Under the pieces are notes generated by a model that was given only the letters and a program-made list of their open reading frames with translations, searched no databases and had not been told where the DNA came from. The position numbers and the translations under genes were made by a program. DNA of 64,000 nt, from contig OY760937.1 of NCBI GenBank assembly GCA_963664225.1, positions 3,104,001-3,168,000 on the forward strand, read 5' to 3'. The stretch is from Verrucomicrobiia bacterium (lineage in GTDB: Bacteria > Verrucomicrobiota > Verrucomicrobiia > Limisphaerales > UBA1319). Shown in pieces: positions 61,582 through 64,000 of this stretch (the first letter of the stretch is position 1; each line of letters begins with the position of its first letter).

Positions 61582-64000
61582 TTATGGCACCAAAGGCGCC
61601 AAAACGATTCGATAGAACCCTTGATCGACCGGTTTATCGATGAGAACCCGCTTTTGGGTCGTGGTGGCGGTAACGTTGGTTTCGGTCTGCCAGACGCCAC
61701 CGAATGCGGTCACGCTCTGGATTTCGTATTTCCTTCCCGGCACCGTCTGGAAGAAGAGGGGGTGTTGATCCGAGCCTATGGCGGATTTGTCCTCGTCCGC
61801 GAGGTCGTTGGGGCGAGCCACGCTTTCAAAGGCGAGTTTCGAATTCGGATTGGTCGGATCGGTGCCGGCCTGCATCTCGGCCAGATTGCGCATGCCGTCC
61901 TGATCCGCATCGTCGGTTTCGGCGCTGGCGTCAGGAAACTTGTCCAGCAACCCCACCGTCTGCGCCCATTGCTGATACGTGGGCTGCTCAACCCACAACG
62001 CCGTCGGGCGACCGGCAAATGTGGAGCCCCAGCCGGTGGTGCCCGCGCGGTAATACACCGTTACATTGGTGGCTAAAGAAAACAGATACTTGGGTACGGG
62101 TGTCGGAGCGTTCCCCTGAAAATAAACTCCTGTCAGGCGTGTGGCTTTAAAGAATGCATCATCTCCAAGGCTGGTGACGCTGCCCGGGACTGTAACATTC
62201 GTCACCCCCCAGCAGCTATCGAACGCGCTAATGCCAATTGCGCTGACCGTGCCGGGAATCACATAGTCACCCATCCTGCCTGCCGGACATTGAATGAGGG
62301 TTGACTGGCTTTTGTCGAACAGTATGCCATCGTTGCTGGAATAGTTCGTATTCTGGGTGTCCACTTCAATGGCTGTCAGTTTGGTGCAGCCAACGAAAGC
62401 TTTTTCATCGATGCTGGAGACCCCGGTTGAAATCGTGAGATTCGTCAGCGCGGTGCAGTCTGCAAACGCATAGGTGCCAATTTTCATGACACTGTTCGGT
62501 ATCTCGACGCTGGTCAGGTTGCTGCAAGATGCGAAGGCGGAACCCAATATATTGGTAACACCGCTGCCCATTACCAAGCTGGTCAGATTGCGGCACATGA
62601 AAAACGCGCTGTCTCCGATGCTATGGACACCATTGGGTATTATGATGCCGGTCAGGACTCCGCAGTTCATGAACGCGGTCCCCCCTATGGCCACCACTTG
62701 CTTGCCCCCAATGGCATCCGGGATGGTCACGCTGCCACCCGGACCGATGTATTTGGTGATGGTGGCCGACGTGGCGTTGGTCGTGTAGGTAAAGTCGGAA
62801 ATTGGGGATTGTTCGACCCATAGGGCAGTCGGGCGGCCTGCATATTTCGTTCCCCAGCCCGTCGTTCCAGAGCGGTAATAGATCGTTGCCAAATCAGCAT
62901 CTAGAAATGGGGAATACGCCATGATCACATTAGGAGCGTTTCCCTCAAAATAAACTCCTGTCAGATTCGAGCAGGCCTCAAACGCGTAGCTTTCGATTTT
63001 GCCAACACTGGCCGGAATCGTGATACTCGTCAGCCCAACGCATCCATGGAAGGCGGAATCCATTATAACGTTGGCCCGATTGGGAATAATGATACTTGTA
63101 AGGCCCGTACAATTATAAAACGCATTACTGCTGATGGTGGTAATGGTTTGAGGAATCGAGATATTTGTCAGGCCGGAACAATCGGAGAATGCATAGCCAC
63201 CGAGCTTGTTGACTTCGTTCGTAATACTGTAGCTGCCAGTCTTGCCTGCCGGGCAAGCGATCAGTGTTGTCTGGTTTTTGTTGAACAAGACTCCATCGAG
63301 CGTGCTAAAAATGGAGTTCGTAGGGACTGAAAACCCGGTCAGACCGGCGCAGCCCGCGAAGGCGGATTCCCGAATGGCGGTGACGGTCAAGGGAATCATA
63401 TAACTACCAGTTTTTCCGCCTGGAAATTGCAGGAGTGTGGACTGGCTCTTATTGAACAGCACGCCGTCGAGGCTGGAATAGTTTGTGTTGGCTGGGGCCA
63501 CTGTAATGTTTGTCAGGCTGCTGCAACGTGCGAAAACATTCGCCCCGTAACTGCTCAAAAAACTGATTACAGCACTCCCTGGAATTACGATATTAGTCAG
63601 GCTGGTGCAGCGATAAAATGCAGATTGATCGATAAAGGTGACACTGTCGGGGAGGTTGATGTGTGCCAGTTTCGTACAGCCATAAAATGCCGACGGCCCG
63701 ATGTTGGTAATCCCTTCAGGCAAGGTGACGCCTGTCAGTTCAAGGCAGTCTCTGACGGCTGCGTTGTCGATGGACTTGACAGTGGCCGGAACCACGTATT
63801 CGCCCTCTTTGCCTGGTGGGTAGGCAAGCAGGATCGATTGATTATTGGTGAATAAGACTCCATCAATGCTCGAATAGGCTGGATTGAGAGTATCCACCGA
63901 GATCGTCGTGAGGTTGTTGCAGCCACCGAATATTGAGTATCCAATCTGGACCACGCTGGATGGGAGCGCGATGTTCGTCAAACTGGTGCAGTAAAGAAAC
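61582..64000 (-). CDS. Second BspA-type LRR surface protein, 5'-partial; paralog of 57319..60942
   Basis: Same LRR repeats and a near-identical C-terminal domain; frame open to the window edge. Confidence 0.93.
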   Translation of the reverse strand, partial: FLYCTSLTNIALPSSVVQIGYSIFGGCNNLTTISVDTLNPAYSSIDGVLFTNNQSILLAYPPGKEGEYVVPATVKSIDNAAVRDCLELTGVTLPEGITNIGPSAFYGCTKLAHINLPDSVTFIDQSAFYRCTSLTNIVIPGSAVISFLSSYGANVFARCSSLTNITVAPANTNYSSLDGVLFNKSQSTLLQFPGGKTGSYMIPLTVTAIRESAFAGCAGLTGFSVPTNSIFSTLDGVLFNKNQTTLIACPAGKTGSYSITNEVNKLGGYAFSDCSGLTNISIPQTITTISSNAFYNCTGLTSIIIPNRANVIMDSAFHGCVGLTSITIPASVGKIESYAFEACSNLTGVYFEGNAPNVIMAYSPFLDADLATIYYRSGTTGWGTKYAGRPTALWVEQSPISDFTYTTNATSATITKYIGPGGSVTIPDAIGGKQVVAIGGTAFMNCGVLTGIIIPNGVHSIGDSAFFMCRNLTSLVMGSGVTNILGSAFASCSNLTSVEIPNSVMKIGTYAFADCTALTNLTISTGVSSIDEKAFVGCTKLTAIEVDTQNTNYSSNDGILFDKSQSTLIQCPAGRMGDYVIPGTVSAIGISAFDSCWGVTNVTVPGSVTSLGDDAFFKATRLTGVYFQGNAPTPVPKYLFSLATNVTVYYRAGTTGWGSTFAGRPTALWVEQPTYQQWAQTVGLLDKFPDASAETDDADQDGMRNLAEMQAGTDPTNPNSKLAFESVARPNDLADEDKSAIGSDQHPLFFQTVPGRKYEIQSVTAFGGVWQTETNVTATTTQKRVLIDKPVDQGFYRIVLAPLVP

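Noticed and set aside
57319..64000. Diversity-generating retroelement explanation for the near-identical LRR gene blocks
   Set aside because: There is no reverse transcriptase in the window. The repeats are long and both coding, and the differences I compared are not confined to adenines.

Overview
GC-rich bacterial chromosomal window. Gene content and C-terminal protein motifs suggest a Verrucomicrobiota (Pedosphaera/Limisphaera-like) genome, which is an inference. Housekeeping genes include class II RNR nrdJ, rmlB, purA, uppS, dsbD, polX, a trpG/pabA-type amidotransferase, two peroxiredoxins, ffh and tRNA-Tyr. These are interleaved with secreted glycoside hydrolases (GH29, GH78, GH106, GH123/DUF4091-like) and an S53 peptidase. 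Three accessory patches stand out. (1) 3.0-4.4 kb: an integron-cassette remnant with a well-formed attC site, no integrase in the window, and a broken toxin-antitoxin pair. (2) 12.5-17.2 kb: a hydrolase gene bracketed by a diverged copy of its neighbour's 3' end, followed by a Fic gene with tandem palindromic operators and a MITE-like inverted repeat. (3) 57.3-64 kb: two tandem, modularly shuffled BspA-type LRR surface-protein genes after tRNA-Tyr, separated by REP-like elements. The most notable cross-cutting observation is that four proteins of three unrelated types share a C-terminal ~60-aa domain ending in [FY][FY]R[IV], a candidate lineage-specific sorting signal. Other points of interest are a plant/virus-type bifunctional rhamnose epimerase-reductase next to rmlB, SUEL-lectin-like inserts in the GH106, a kinase-less sensor with a Cys/His-rich tail, and a terminator hairpin in the purA leader. 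No CRISPR array, rRNA, integrase, transposase or reverse transcriptase was seen.
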